A program made the translations under genes and the position numbers. From contig CM035352.1 in the NCBI GenBank assembly GCA_020137815.1, positions 1,302,001 to 1,366,000 of the forward strand: a stretch of DNA of 64,000 nucleotides, written 5' to 3'. The notes beneath the pieces are model-generated. The model was given only the letters and a program-made list of their open reading frames with translations, was not told where the DNA came from and made no database searches. The stretch is from Hormiphora californensis (Eukaryota; Animalia; Ctenophora). Position 1 is the first letter of the stretch. Each line of letters opens with the position of its first letter. Of this stretch, positions 15,001-29,800 are shown in pieces.

Positions 15001-15210
15001 AATCAGACCTTTACGGACCACATGGCGGACCTGGTGAGACATGCCCCGACCAACAAATCCTGGACAAGGGTACCAATATCAGGGGACCAATTTAAATTCC
15101 CCGCCCAAAAGCGGGTTTCACGCTGTGGTACGATGAAAAGACAGTTTAGTTCAAAAAGCAGGACCTCGGAACACTTGCCTAGCACGGCGGAGGATCCTTT
15201 GAACACGTGA
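4..15210 (+). CDS. PITPNM: Membrane-associated phosphatidylinositol transfer protein (PITPNM/Nir2/RdgB-alpha family), 5'-partial: FFAT, DDHD and LNS2 regions
   Basis: Phase-consistent GT-AG exons: 4-111, 218-246, 718-796, 1004-1163, 3293-3381, 5299-5492, 5786-5865, 6902-6987, 7434-7566, 8976-9124, 10152-10291, 11524-11681, 11816-11972, 12299-12523, 12682-12876, 13053-13195, 14986-15210. Small extra exons near 6224-6720 are possible. Family motifs: FFAT-like [120 protein letters not shown]. The PITP domain lies upstream of the window. Confidence 0.93.
1625..3157 (-). CDS. Rhodopsin-class (class A) orphan GPCR, ~294 aa, nested antisense in a PITPNM intron
   Basis: Exons 3157-3097, 2933-2805, 2655-2526, 2347-2149, 1990-1625, with consistent phases. 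TM1 ..AFCANG, Cys before TM3, [15 protein letters not shown] (DRY-like), ECL2 Cys, TM6 TWLP, TM7 NCLVDPIVY. Confidence 0.88.
4010..4878. mobile_element. Non-autonomous Tc1/mariner-like TIR element (MITE)
   Basis: TIRs CAGTCGGACCCCGATTTAGTGGC...GCCACTAAATCGGGGTCCGACTG, TA on both flanks, subterminal CCCCGATTTAGTGG repeats, internal inverted repeats; related copy at 58084-58827. Confidence 0.85.
5519..5627. mobile_element. ~110-bp hAT-like MITE
   Basis: TIRs CAGGAACCGACCGAA...TTCGGTCGGTTCCTG; the 8-mer TTATCAAC occurs on both sides (left copy separated by 7 extra nt); partial inverted copy at ~14205-14268. Confidence 0.75.
7711..8882. mobile_element. Rearranged or truncated TIR DNA element with a ~65-bp perfect inverted repeat
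   Basis: 7711-7776 is the reverse complement of 7852-7918; the right end ...TATACCCTG|TA matches CAGGGTATA at ~7803; intronic, no coding signal. Confidence 0.5.
9262..9523. repeat. (GAATGA)n hexanucleotide microsatellite
   Basis: Directly visible; it explains the MRMR/FSFS ORFs. Confidence 0.97.
14205..14268. mobile_element. Truncated copy of the 5519-5627 MITE, opposite orientation
   Basis: CAGGAACCGACCGAATCAGGAAATACTGGTCCC..GATTGGCTGATAACC..TCACGTGACCTAAAT is the reverse complement of the right part of 5519-5627. Confidence 0.75.
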
Positions 15211-15816
15211 TATTAATTAATTAATGTGATATTAATTAGTTAATATGGTCCCGGTCGGAAAGTCGGAACACTTTCGAGATATTTTAATGTCTCAAAAACT
15301 GACCAAAATCTCTAAAATTGGTTTTTAAGGTACTTCTACTTATCTCAGGTACATAAAATTTTAGGAGTAGATAAACAAATGTATGAAAACTAATATCTGA
15401 TAAGAAAACAAGAATTATTGCATTATGTGTTCATAATGCTGTGTTTCCCTGCCCTACCGTTTCACGTATCACTGCCAACAGGATCAAGGCTTGGTCATAA
15501 TGTAATGTGAGATGCATACGATCTAGCTGGCGCGGCAGAGCATTTCATGTTTTGTTGAGTGGCGCGCGCACACACGTCCATCGAACTGTGTCAGTGAGGT
15601 GTTTGATGAAGGAGTAGCTCGTCACTGTGCGCGCGGCTCTAGTTGCTACACCGTTGCCCCTCGCAACGAAAGTGTGACCAAAATGGTCCCTCTACCGATT
15701 AGTTAGTATACCAAAATGTCGTTTTCGAATTCTAACCCTGCTATGCCTTTTTACAAAGTAAAAAGGCATCCGGGTGAATGCCTTCGGCATTCACCCGGGC
15801 AGGGAAAAAATACATT

Positions 15817-17337
15817 ACTCAACTGCTGTGGATCATAGGACAATATTTATAAATTTCAACCAGCTGACTTCGTGTTAGCTTTTTCTAGGAATCTTTTTCA
15901 ACAATAATATAGATAATCGTCTTCGTCACCTAGTAAACATTGGTTGAGTCGCTAAATACTCAACCAATGTGGATACACAAACACTTGAACTTCAGACAAC
16001 AAGTAAAGGTCAAAACAAAGTTGAAAGTTTGAAAATATAAGTCTTAGTAAGTAGGAAATTGTCCCAAGTTTTCATATTAGTTAAAACTGGAGCAAAATAA
16101 ACACTCAACTCGTGTGGATAATCAATATAAAGAACCCAATTACGGTTTATTCATCAGAAAATGATCTTTTTGAGATAATATTAGGTCACAGATGGACATG
16201 TGACCTTACAAAACAGTCACACTGATTATCAGATAATTCTACTCAACTGGTGTGGATAAAACCACTACCAAAACCAGCCACACGTCACAATTCTAGCATA
16301 TCCACACGAGTTGAGCGGATTTTGGGTACCAAATTGGGTAAGTTACGTGCACAAGCGTTGGGGCTATCTATTGTAGTAACTTATTTGCTACAAACAGATA
16401 ACTCAACCTCTGTGGATAAGTTTTTCTGACAAAATTTGATTTTTATCCACACTAGTTGAGTCATGTTGGATCCCCTTATTGATAATTAAGACTACTGATC
16501 AAATCCACATCGGTTGAGCAACACTTTTGAGTTCTAAATTCCTATAATTATCCACAATTTGAGTCGTTAGTTGCCACCAAAAGATAGTGAAACTAATGAT
16601 TTAAAGTAGTGATCACAAATATCCACACGAGTTGAGCAGATTTTGAGTATCAAATTGGGTAAGTTACGTGCACAAGCGTTGGAGCTATCAATTGTAGTAA
16701 TTTAATTGGTACAAATAGTAAACTCAACCTCTGTGGATAAGTTTTTCTGGCAAAATCTGATTTTTATCCACACTGGTTGAGTCATGTTGGATCCCCTTAT
16801 TGATAATTAAGACTATTGATTGAATCCACATCGGTTGAGCAACTCTTCTGAGTTCTAATTCCTAGAATTATCCACAATTTGAGTCGTTAGTTGCCAGCAA
16901 AAGATAGTGGAACTAATGATTTAAAGTAGTGATCACAAATAAGCTTATCCACAGCAGTTGAGTCAGTTTTGAGCACCAGTAATTAGTCAAATAGATGCCG
17001 AATCGATTGGCGAACTGATTAAAATCAATCTGAAGCCGAAATAATGTCCCTAATCCTTGGTTGAGTCGCTTTTTTACTAGAAAATGGATAATTATCCACA
17101 TTGGTTTAGCATTTTTTCTTTCTCTGTAGTGTCAAAATAGGTGTAATAAGATGCAGAATTATCCACAAAAGTTTCAGGACCATACCATTTATCCACTTTG
17201 GATGAGCACCGTTATCCACACAAAAATTATCCACACACTTTGAGGCCTTGTAAAGTAAAGCAGAAATGAGCTTTAACGTTCTAGTTTTCATATTCGTAAT
17301 TTAGAGATAATTTCGGGTGGATAACAATACTCAACCA
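15817..17337. repeat. Dispersed array of ~20 bipartite motifs (T)TATCCACA-NNN-GTTGAG in both orientations, including a ~320-bp direct duplication
   Basis: For example ACTCAACTCGTGTGGATAA at 16102, TTATCCACACTAGTTGAG at 16443 and TTATCCACAGCAGTTGAG at 16945; ~16299-16619 is repeated at ~16620-16940. Confidence 0.85.
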
Positions 17338-17782
17338 AGCAAAAGTACTATATTTAGCACAAAACTTTGGTACTACCCGCATCCTCCATATCCTTAAATC
17401 GATAGTGTTTACGCAGTGAATACAGAGCGAATGCAGAGTGAATGCAGAGCGAATGCAGAGTGAATGCAGAGTGAATGCAGAGCGAATGCAGAGTGAATGC
17501 AGAGCGAATGCAGAGTGAATGCAGAGTGAATGCAGAGTGGTTCCAGAGTGAATACGCAGTGAATGCAGAGTGAATACGCAGTGAATACGCAATCATTGGG
17601 GATATCCTACCAGAACTGTTTACGCAGTGAATACAGAGTGAATACGCAGTGAATACAGAGTGAATACGCAGTGAATGCAGAGCGAATACGCAATCATTGG
17701 TAATATCCTACCAGAACTAGAATGCCGTAAATACGCAGTGATAAAAAAATTGGATATTGTTGCTACAACCCGAAAAAAAGTG

Positions 17783-17847
<65 letters not shown>

Positions 17848-17896
17848 ATCTCTATCTCTATCTCTATCTCTCCCTCTATCTCTATACCTAGGTATA

Positions 17897-17940
<44 letters not shown>

Positions 17941-18042
17941 TTGTTAAATAATACGCAGTGATAGACAATATAATAGAGATAGTTTTCAGAAATAAATTAT
18001 GGTTATACACTGTTGGAAATTGAAACAATTACTGCACTGAAT

Positions 18043-18558
18043 TTATTTAAATGTAACTGACAGCTCCTCTCGCTTCAGTCCATACCAGCGTAGTGCATCA
18101 GAAAGAGAGACACCGTTCATAAGCGTTTCAATGAAATCATCTCCCAAATCAGGGCGTCTAGTGGAAGTAGATGGAGAAGTCTGGACAAATTTAGACACAA
18201 CTGCAGGGATAGAAGTAAGAGCTGGAGGAGTAGTCGAGGATGCAGTGGAATGGGTGGGACAGATTCCGCCGACATGTCCCGGCTGTTTGCAGATATTGCA
18301 GCTGATGGCTTGAATCCCCATATCTCTGGTGTTAGGTTTCACTGTCTGACCAAAATCTGAAGGAAGAAGGTCCTCAGGTGTTGTTCTGGTCCTCGGACGT
18401 CCTCTGGTTCTTCGTGGTGGTTGAACTCCAATCTCATGTAGACGAGGATTGTTGGAGGAGAAGTTGGCTCGGCGGGTCATTGCAGCGGCGGTTCGAGTTC
18501 GTTGAATGGTGGTAGATGAGGTAGAAGTAGTAGACGAGGTAGAAGTAGTAGTACTCAT
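18043..18558 (-). CDS. 171-aa intronless cargo ORF with an AT-hook-like motif and a CCHC zinc knuckle
   Basis: ATG-initiated ORF centred between the TIR arms; RRTRGRPRTR; CNICKQPGHVGGIC (C-x2-C-x4-H-x4-C); C-terminal helical segment DDFIETLMNGVSLSDALRWYGLKREEL. Confidence 0.65.
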   Translation of the reverse strand: MSTTTSTSSTTSTSSTTIQRTRTAAAMTRRANFSSNNPRLHEIGVQPPRRTRGRPRTRTTPEDLLPSDFGQTVKPNTRDMGIQAISCNICKQPGHVGGICPTHSTASSTTPPALTSIPAVVSKFVQTSPSTSTRRPDLGDDFIETLMNGVSLSDALRWYGLKREELSVTFK

Positions 18559-18923
18559 AGTGAAAACAATACAATAAAGATCTCACTGCTCGCATTTATC
18601 TATTTTCAGAGATAGTTACATGAACCTATCTATCACGCTATAGCATATAATGTTAGACGAGACCTTGATTGGTCATAATCACGTCGTGATCATATCGCCG
18701 ATTAAAGCAGATCGCATGGCCGATTAAAGCAGATCAGATGACCGATTATGACAGGTCACATCGCCGATTATGACAGATCACAAGGTCGATTATGGAATCA
18801 CATAGTCGATTATGGCAGGTCACAAGGTCGATTATGGAATCACATGGTCGATTATGGCAGGTCACATGGCCGATTATGGTAAGTCACAAGCAAACAGGCA
18901 TGAGGCCGGTAACGCAAACAAAA

Positions 18924-19528
18924 GGGAGAGGGAGATAGAGAGGGAGAGGGAGATAGAGAGAGGGAGATAGAGATAGAGATAGAGATAGAGATAGAGATAG
19001 AGATAGAGATAGAGATAGAGATAGAGATAGAGATAGAGATAGAGATAGAGATAGAGATAGAGATAGAGATAGAGATAGAGATAGAGATAGAGATAGAGAT
19101 AGAGATAGAGATAGAGATAGAGATAGAGATAGAGATAGAGATAGAGATAGAGATAGAGATAGAGATAGAGATAGAGATAGAGATAGAGATAGAGATAGAG
19201 AGGGAGATAGAGAGGGAGATAGAGAGGGAGATAGAGAGGGAGATATAGAGATAGAGATAGATATAGAGAGGGAGATAGAGAGGGAGATAGAGAGGGAGAT
19301 AGAGAGGGAGAGGGAGATAGAGAGAGGGAGATAGAGATAGAGATAGAGATAGAGATAGAGAGGGAGAGGGAGATAGAGAGGGAGAGGGAGATAGAGATAG
19401 AGAGAGGGACATAGAGATAGAGATAGAGATAGAGATAGAGATAGAGATAGAGATAGAGATAGAGAGGGAGATAGAGATAGAGATAGAGAGGGAGAGGGAG
19501 AGGGAGATAGAGAGGGAGAGAGAGAGAG
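18924..19528. repeat. (GAGATA)n/(GAGAGG)n compound microsatellite in the right arm of the Merlin-like element
   Basis: Directly visible; shorter complementary counterpart at ~17784-17935. Confidence 0.95.
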
Positions 19529-20986
19529 ACAAAACCACTTTTTTTTCGGGTTGTAGCAACAATATCCATTTTTTTTATCACTGCGTATTTACATTCTAGT
19601 ATTTACATTCTAGTTCTGGTAGGATATTACCAATGATTGCGTATTCGCTCTGCATTCACTGCGTATTCGCTCTGTATTCACTGCGTATTCACTCTGTATT
19701 CACTGCGTAAACAGTTCTGGTAGGATATCCCCAATGATTGCGTATTCGCTCTGCATTCACTGCGTATTCGCTCTGTATTCACTGCGTATTCACTCTGTAT
19801 TCACTGCGTAAACAGTTCTGGTAGGATATCCCCAATGATTGCGTATTCACTCTGCATTCACTGCGTATTCACTCTGGAACCACTCTGCATTCACTCTGCA
19901 TTCACTCTGCATTCGCTCTGCATTCACTCTGCATTCGCTCTGCATTCACTCTGCATTCACTCTGCATTCGCTCTGCATTCACTCTGCATTCGCTCTGTAT
20001 TCACTGCGTAAACACTATCGATTTAAGGATATGGAGGATGCGGGTAGTACCAAAACTTTGTACATTTAAAAAATTGGTAAAAGTGTTCCGACTTTCCGAC
20101 CGGGTCCATATGTGATATATTTTGACAGAGGATGTGTTTTTTCTTCAATAATATCATGTCATTGTGTATTAATTTTATGTGTGCTATAATTTTACAGAGC
20201 ACTTGTTAGCGTCATGGAATTGAAACTTTAAAACAAGCTGTTATACAGAGAATCAGATCACAGCCATGTACACAATTCAGTTATTGAGAGAATTGATTAA
20301 TTTAATATGAAATTCAGCGATAATTTTATCAAATTAAGATATTGAATTTGAAAATGAAGGTAAATTTAGTTTACTTTTAGAATAAGTTACACTTTCAGTT
20401 TTTGCTCCAAAATTTGAACTTGACACATTTCAATACAGTCTTTTTATATGCACATTGTGATTGTAACTGAATTTAATTCAAACAAATTGCGATTAAAGAG
20501 TATTGTTTTTCGTTATACTGTATTTAGAATTAAACTCCTAAAAGCATTTGTTAAGTAAGGGGTGGGACACCTCACACCACCTCTTACTCAACCTGTATCA
20601 GTATGGCGCCGCCAATCGCCATACCCCAATGCCCCATTTGATTCTCAATGTGCGCATCCTAATTCAAGTTGGACTAGGATCGGAGTTGAATTTGAATGTT
20701 GAAATATTGTATAGCGAGGGATTGTGATGACAGTTGTCCGTACCAGTAATTTACAGGTTCAGAACGCGTTCGAACGGACAATTAATAAAACGGAACGCGC
20801 CTTTAACTAAATTCTCCGACGCTTCTTGCAAGTGCGCGGCGCGCGCGAAAAATAAAGGATATTTTATTTCCTCAAATTCAAGAATTTGCACTTTTTTGGA
20901 TCAAAAACTCCGCCATTTTCGCCGATTAAATTTTCTTGAGCTGTGCTTGGCCAAGGAATGCAAGAGTTATGTCTTATGACTATAAT

Positions 20987-21453
20987 AGGGATCTCTAAAA
21001 AAGTTCAGTATTTACACAGCGTGCGCTGTGATTGGCTGAAATTTCTGACGATGAAAAATTTCAGCCAATCACAGCGCAGATTTCGAACCGTGGGAACAAA
21101 TTTTCTTCCCACGCCAACGTGGGAAAAATCGTAATGGCTTAACTGGTGTAAATTGTGCTCTTTCCGATGATATGCGGCTTTTTGCAGAAAAGTGAGAGGA
21201 AGTGGGGGCTGTCCCTCACAAATACGACGACGTGCGTGAAAAGGGGGTGACAACTTCAAAAAATCCGACTTTAGGGTCGGGTTATGGTTTTGTTTGGGGT
21301 TATCGGTTAGGGCTATCGATTCAGATATCAGATACCGTACGGCTATAGCCGTTTGAAAAAGTCGGTCAAAGTGGTAAACACGCTGCAAGGCACCCAGATT
21401 ATAATCGCGCCCTGTAAACGCTGTGTAAATACTGAAATTTTTTAGGGATCCCT
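20987..21453. mobile_element. ~470-bp MITE just upstream of the acyltransferase gene
   Basis: Imperfect ~35-bp TIRs AGGG(G)ATC(T/C)CTAAAAAA(G/T)TTCAGTATTTACACAGCG; internal inverted repeat GCGCTGTGATTGGCTGAAATTT...AAATTTCAGCCAATCACAGCGC. Confidence 0.7.
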
Positions 21454-21514
21454 ATAAACGTCGAAATTTGGTGCATAACTATTATTTACCGCTTTTATTC
21501 ACCACGAAATTAGA

Positions 21515-26317
<4,803 letters not shown>

Positions 26318-26607
26318 TACCAGTTATCTCTCTATCCCTTTCTCTCCTTGTTTTGTTCAAGGAGGGTCGAAGGCAATTCTTTCCCACGAGACTCGAGAGA
26401 ATCTGGGAATAAACTCTTTAATGTCTTTATCCAATCCGATCGGTCTACGTTCTAACCAGTGCCGTTAGACTATAGATTTTTACTAAGGACTGTGTCTATT
26501 TGATAGGGTACTTTTTATTTCGTCTAATACTACAGTTTCCAGTTTCCTAATTTGGTTCGTAAACATTTTAAAACACGCTGTTTTTTTTTCTGTGAAAATA
26601 ATGGGGT

Positions 26608-26696
26608 GGTGTAGAACAATATCACATTATCACAAGAGAGCGACCGATGTGGCGGCTTTCCGCCCCCTCGGTCATACCACGGACACGCGCTACACC
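26608..26696 (-). promoter_or_regulatory. SECIS element (type II) in the GPx 3' UTR
   Basis: Minus strand: GGTGTAG..ATGAC-CGAGGGGGCG-GAAA-GCCG-ccacat-CGGT-CGCTCTCTTG-TGAT..CTACACC. UGA/GA core, 10-bp helix II including G-U pairs, AAA bulge, apical mini-stem, helix I; ~200 nt after the stop codon. Confidence 0.88.
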
Positions 26697-26896
26697 GGGG
26701 TCGATGAGGGGGTATGTGTGACGAGACAACTACAAATCATCACACACCCTTCCCTAGCATCTAAATACTTGATATCAACTTGTTAAAAAAGTGTTCGAGA
26801 GAGAGAATTGTTGGCCCGCCAGGGGCCAAATGCAGCAGTTCGGATTGGGTTAAAACACCCAAAAAGTATCCAATTATTCCGTTAAAAAGAAATTAT

Positions 26897-29800
26897 TTAA
26901 AGATCATCGGATGCGGGTTTAGCCAGAAGAGCTTCAATATCAGGAATAAGGACTTCAGGGTTAACGTTGGGAGCCCACCGCTTGTAGGGCACTCCATTTC
27001 GGTCAGAAAGGAACTTGGTGAAATTCCATTTGATTGAATTTGTTAGAAATCCGGGGAGTTTCTCCTTTAACCACTGTGTGGGGGAGAGAGGGGATTAGAA
27101 TCATAAAATCATAGTTCAATTTCAAACAATTGGGGGGGGGGACAAGAATTGCATGGGGTTATTTGTACTCCTTACTCCACAAGTATTACCTTGTAAAGAG
27201 GAATGGCGGTATCTCCGTTCACGTCAATCTTATGGAACATATCGAATGTTACACCGTATTTGCTCTTGGCCCATGCGAAGATCTCCGCATCGGTTCCGGG
27301 CTCCTGGGATAGGGAAACGTTAGAATAGACAGATGACTGAGGACAACACCTGGTTCACCATGGCCAACTCACCTGAAACCCATTTCTCACTCCTTGGAGC
27401 GTGGGAAGAGTTAGCGCGAGGTAGTCTGGGAACGCGCAATGTGGCGGTTGCGCCCTCCACCCACACACAGAGGACCACACACTTTCAAATTCAGACACAT
27501 CATGCATGATGACTGTATTTATTCGAAATAAGGGCAATGTAGATGAAAATATAGCTCATATAAATGTCAAATATTCAGGTCGATATTGCTACTCTCCTTT
27601 CCCCTGAAATTAAACTGGGACTGGCGGTCGGCGGACACTATAATTACAGATTACAGAAGGGACAGCTGCAGTACCTATATTCTATAACCATGTTTACCTT
27701 GGGGCTCAGACCCCTAACTAGTAACTACTGGTACTGGCGGATAGTATAATATAATACCCATGTATTGATTTGATTTGATAAGAGCGGTTGCCATGGGCGT
27801 GAACCCCTGTTGGGGACCCTACGCACAGGGCCAATCACTTAGTGATACCAGCACCGCTAATGATGGCCGTGAGGTATGAGGGGGCGGTAGTTCCCATTTG
27901 TGGGGCCGACAAGAAATGGGAAGGGTTATGGGGGGGAATAACCCTGGTGGGGAAAGGCGACTGCTGCGGGGGAGGTGAGAGGAGGGTTGCAGCAGTCGTC
28001 TTGGGGATGCGCTGCATTGCACGCTTCAATTTCGTTGAAGCTTGTAAAGATAACGAATGATAACATCGCTATTATTATTGATACACCTTAGCAATGGTTG
28101 ATCTAGGTTTTCTAGTGCTTGAAATGTTAATTTATGACTATTTGGTCTGGTAAGCGCTGCCGGAAGTATTAAAAAAAACTGAAAAACTTAATAACGCCAT
28201 TTCTTTAAGCCCTTGCCAGAGCCGAGTTTTAAATTTTTTATTGTTCTATTTTTGGGCTCGTTTTAAAGCTAACACTATCACTAAGGTCTAAAACATTGAT
28301 GCGGTGCAATATCAGTAAACACTAAGATTTGAACGTCAAAACTTCAAATGTGGCACCCAATTTTCTGAGGTGAGATTGCAACTTCGACAGCACTTGCTAT
28401 TTCTGGTGTCAAGGTGGCAATATATCTTCAACTGGAATACATATAAAAACTGTTTTCCAATCGCAAAATTTCCATACTAAATGGTAGCGCATGTTTTATT
28501 TGGTCCTGACTCGTAATTCGGGGGATAATAGCCAAGTGTCAATCATTATGAATCCTTCTAATGTTAAAGTTATTTTGAAGAATATAGCCAAAAAAGTTCT
28601 TAGTTTTGATGTTCTTAGTTTTAGAGTTCCTTAGTTTTTCTACAGTTTAGAGTTCCTTAGTTTTTCTACAGTTTCTTTCATGATTTTCTTGAAGATTATT
28701 ACCGGTTTACTACAGTGCACCGCGGTAATGTGATCCTCGTGACATTTACGTACATACTTGCTGGATATCATAATTTGATTTGCCAGTAGTTGACATGTGA
28801 AACGATGATCTAATTGGTTCTATATTAAACTCTAAAGGATTTGTCCGCTGAAGTTGTACTTGTAAAACCTCCTCAATTAGGGTGGGCGGGGTGGGGCGGC
28901 GGGGCGGGGTGGCGGGTTTTTATGTTTCCCTGAGTGGTATGTGGAGTACACAGAGAAGCGGGAGCATACAATGTGAACTGATCTGTAGACGTGGAAGTAG
29001 AATTATCAGCTGTTTAAAGAAGGAGATACGCAGGGAGTTAGAGAGCACTGAATTAGAGAGAGAATGAGAGAATAGGGGATATTATAGGGAGCTCGGATTT
29101 GCGGGGAGATAGAGAGTACTGAATTAGAGAGAAAATATTATCTGGCGCTTTTATAAAGTATAGTAATTTGTCAGATATCGTCCCATTTCTGGGCAGCATC
29201 CCATTTCTGGGCATCATCCCTTCGCAGGGCATCATCCCTTCGCAGGGCATCATCCCATTTCTGGGCGCCATCCCTTTGCAGGGCATCATCCCATTGCTGG
29301 GCGGATCCTCGGCGTTAGCCTCGGGCGGGGCGATTCTCTCTAGACTGTGAGAGAGGTGTAGTGAGCGGAAAGAAGATGGTTTATATGGGACACACCGCCC
29401 AGGGCTGCTGCTCTGTTTCCCTGAGTGGTATGTGGAGTACACAGAGAAGCGGGAGCATACAATGTGAACTGATCTGTAGACGTGGAAGTAGAATTATCAG
29501 CTGTTTAAAGAAGGAGATACGCAGGGAGTTAGAGAGCACTGAATTAGAGAGAGAATGAGAGAATAGGGGATATTATAGGGAGCTCGGATTTGCGGGGAGA
29601 TAGAGAGTACTGAATTAGAGAGAGAATATTATCTGGCGCTTTTATAAAGTATAGTAATTTGTCAGATATCGTCCCATTTCTGGGCAGCATCCCATTGCTG
29701 GGCATCATCCCTTCGCAGGGCATCATCCCTTCGCAGGGCATCATCCCATTTCTGGGCGCCATCCCTTTGCAGGGCATCATCCCATTGCTGGGCGGATCCT

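Larger units (their letters stand above)
17369..20051. mobile_element. Merlin-like non-autonomous foldback element with long, internally repetitive TIRs
   Basis: Ends GGTACTACCCGCATCC...GGATGCGGGTAGTACC; 8-bp TSD AAAACTTT (17361-17368 and 20052-20059). A 10-bp TSD CAAAACTTTG is an alternative reading. Arms contain 11-bp GAATGCAGAGT tandem repeats and CT/GA microsatellites. GG-start TIRs with an 8-bp TSD fit Merlin; the 10-bp reading would fit Mutator. Confidence 0.8.
15246..20108. mobile_element. Non-autonomous TIR DNA transposon in the PITPNM 3' UTR, host to a nested element
   Basis: ~28-bp TIRs TGG(T/A)CCCGGTCGGAAAGTCGGAACACTTT with one mismatch, TA on both flanks; no transposase ORF seen. 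Confidence 0.8.

Noticed and set aside
15817-17337. Bacterial oriC or contamination
   Set aside because: Lies inside a TIR element between spliced animal genes, no bacterial genes are adjacent, and the motif has an extra GTTGAG half-site that is not part of DnaA boxes.
29170-29320. Neuropeptide-precursor-like reading [13 protein letters not shown] on the minus strand
   Set aside because: An in-frame stop lies just upstream, with no signal peptide or acceptor in that frame; it is probably a by-product of the 18-bp repeat.
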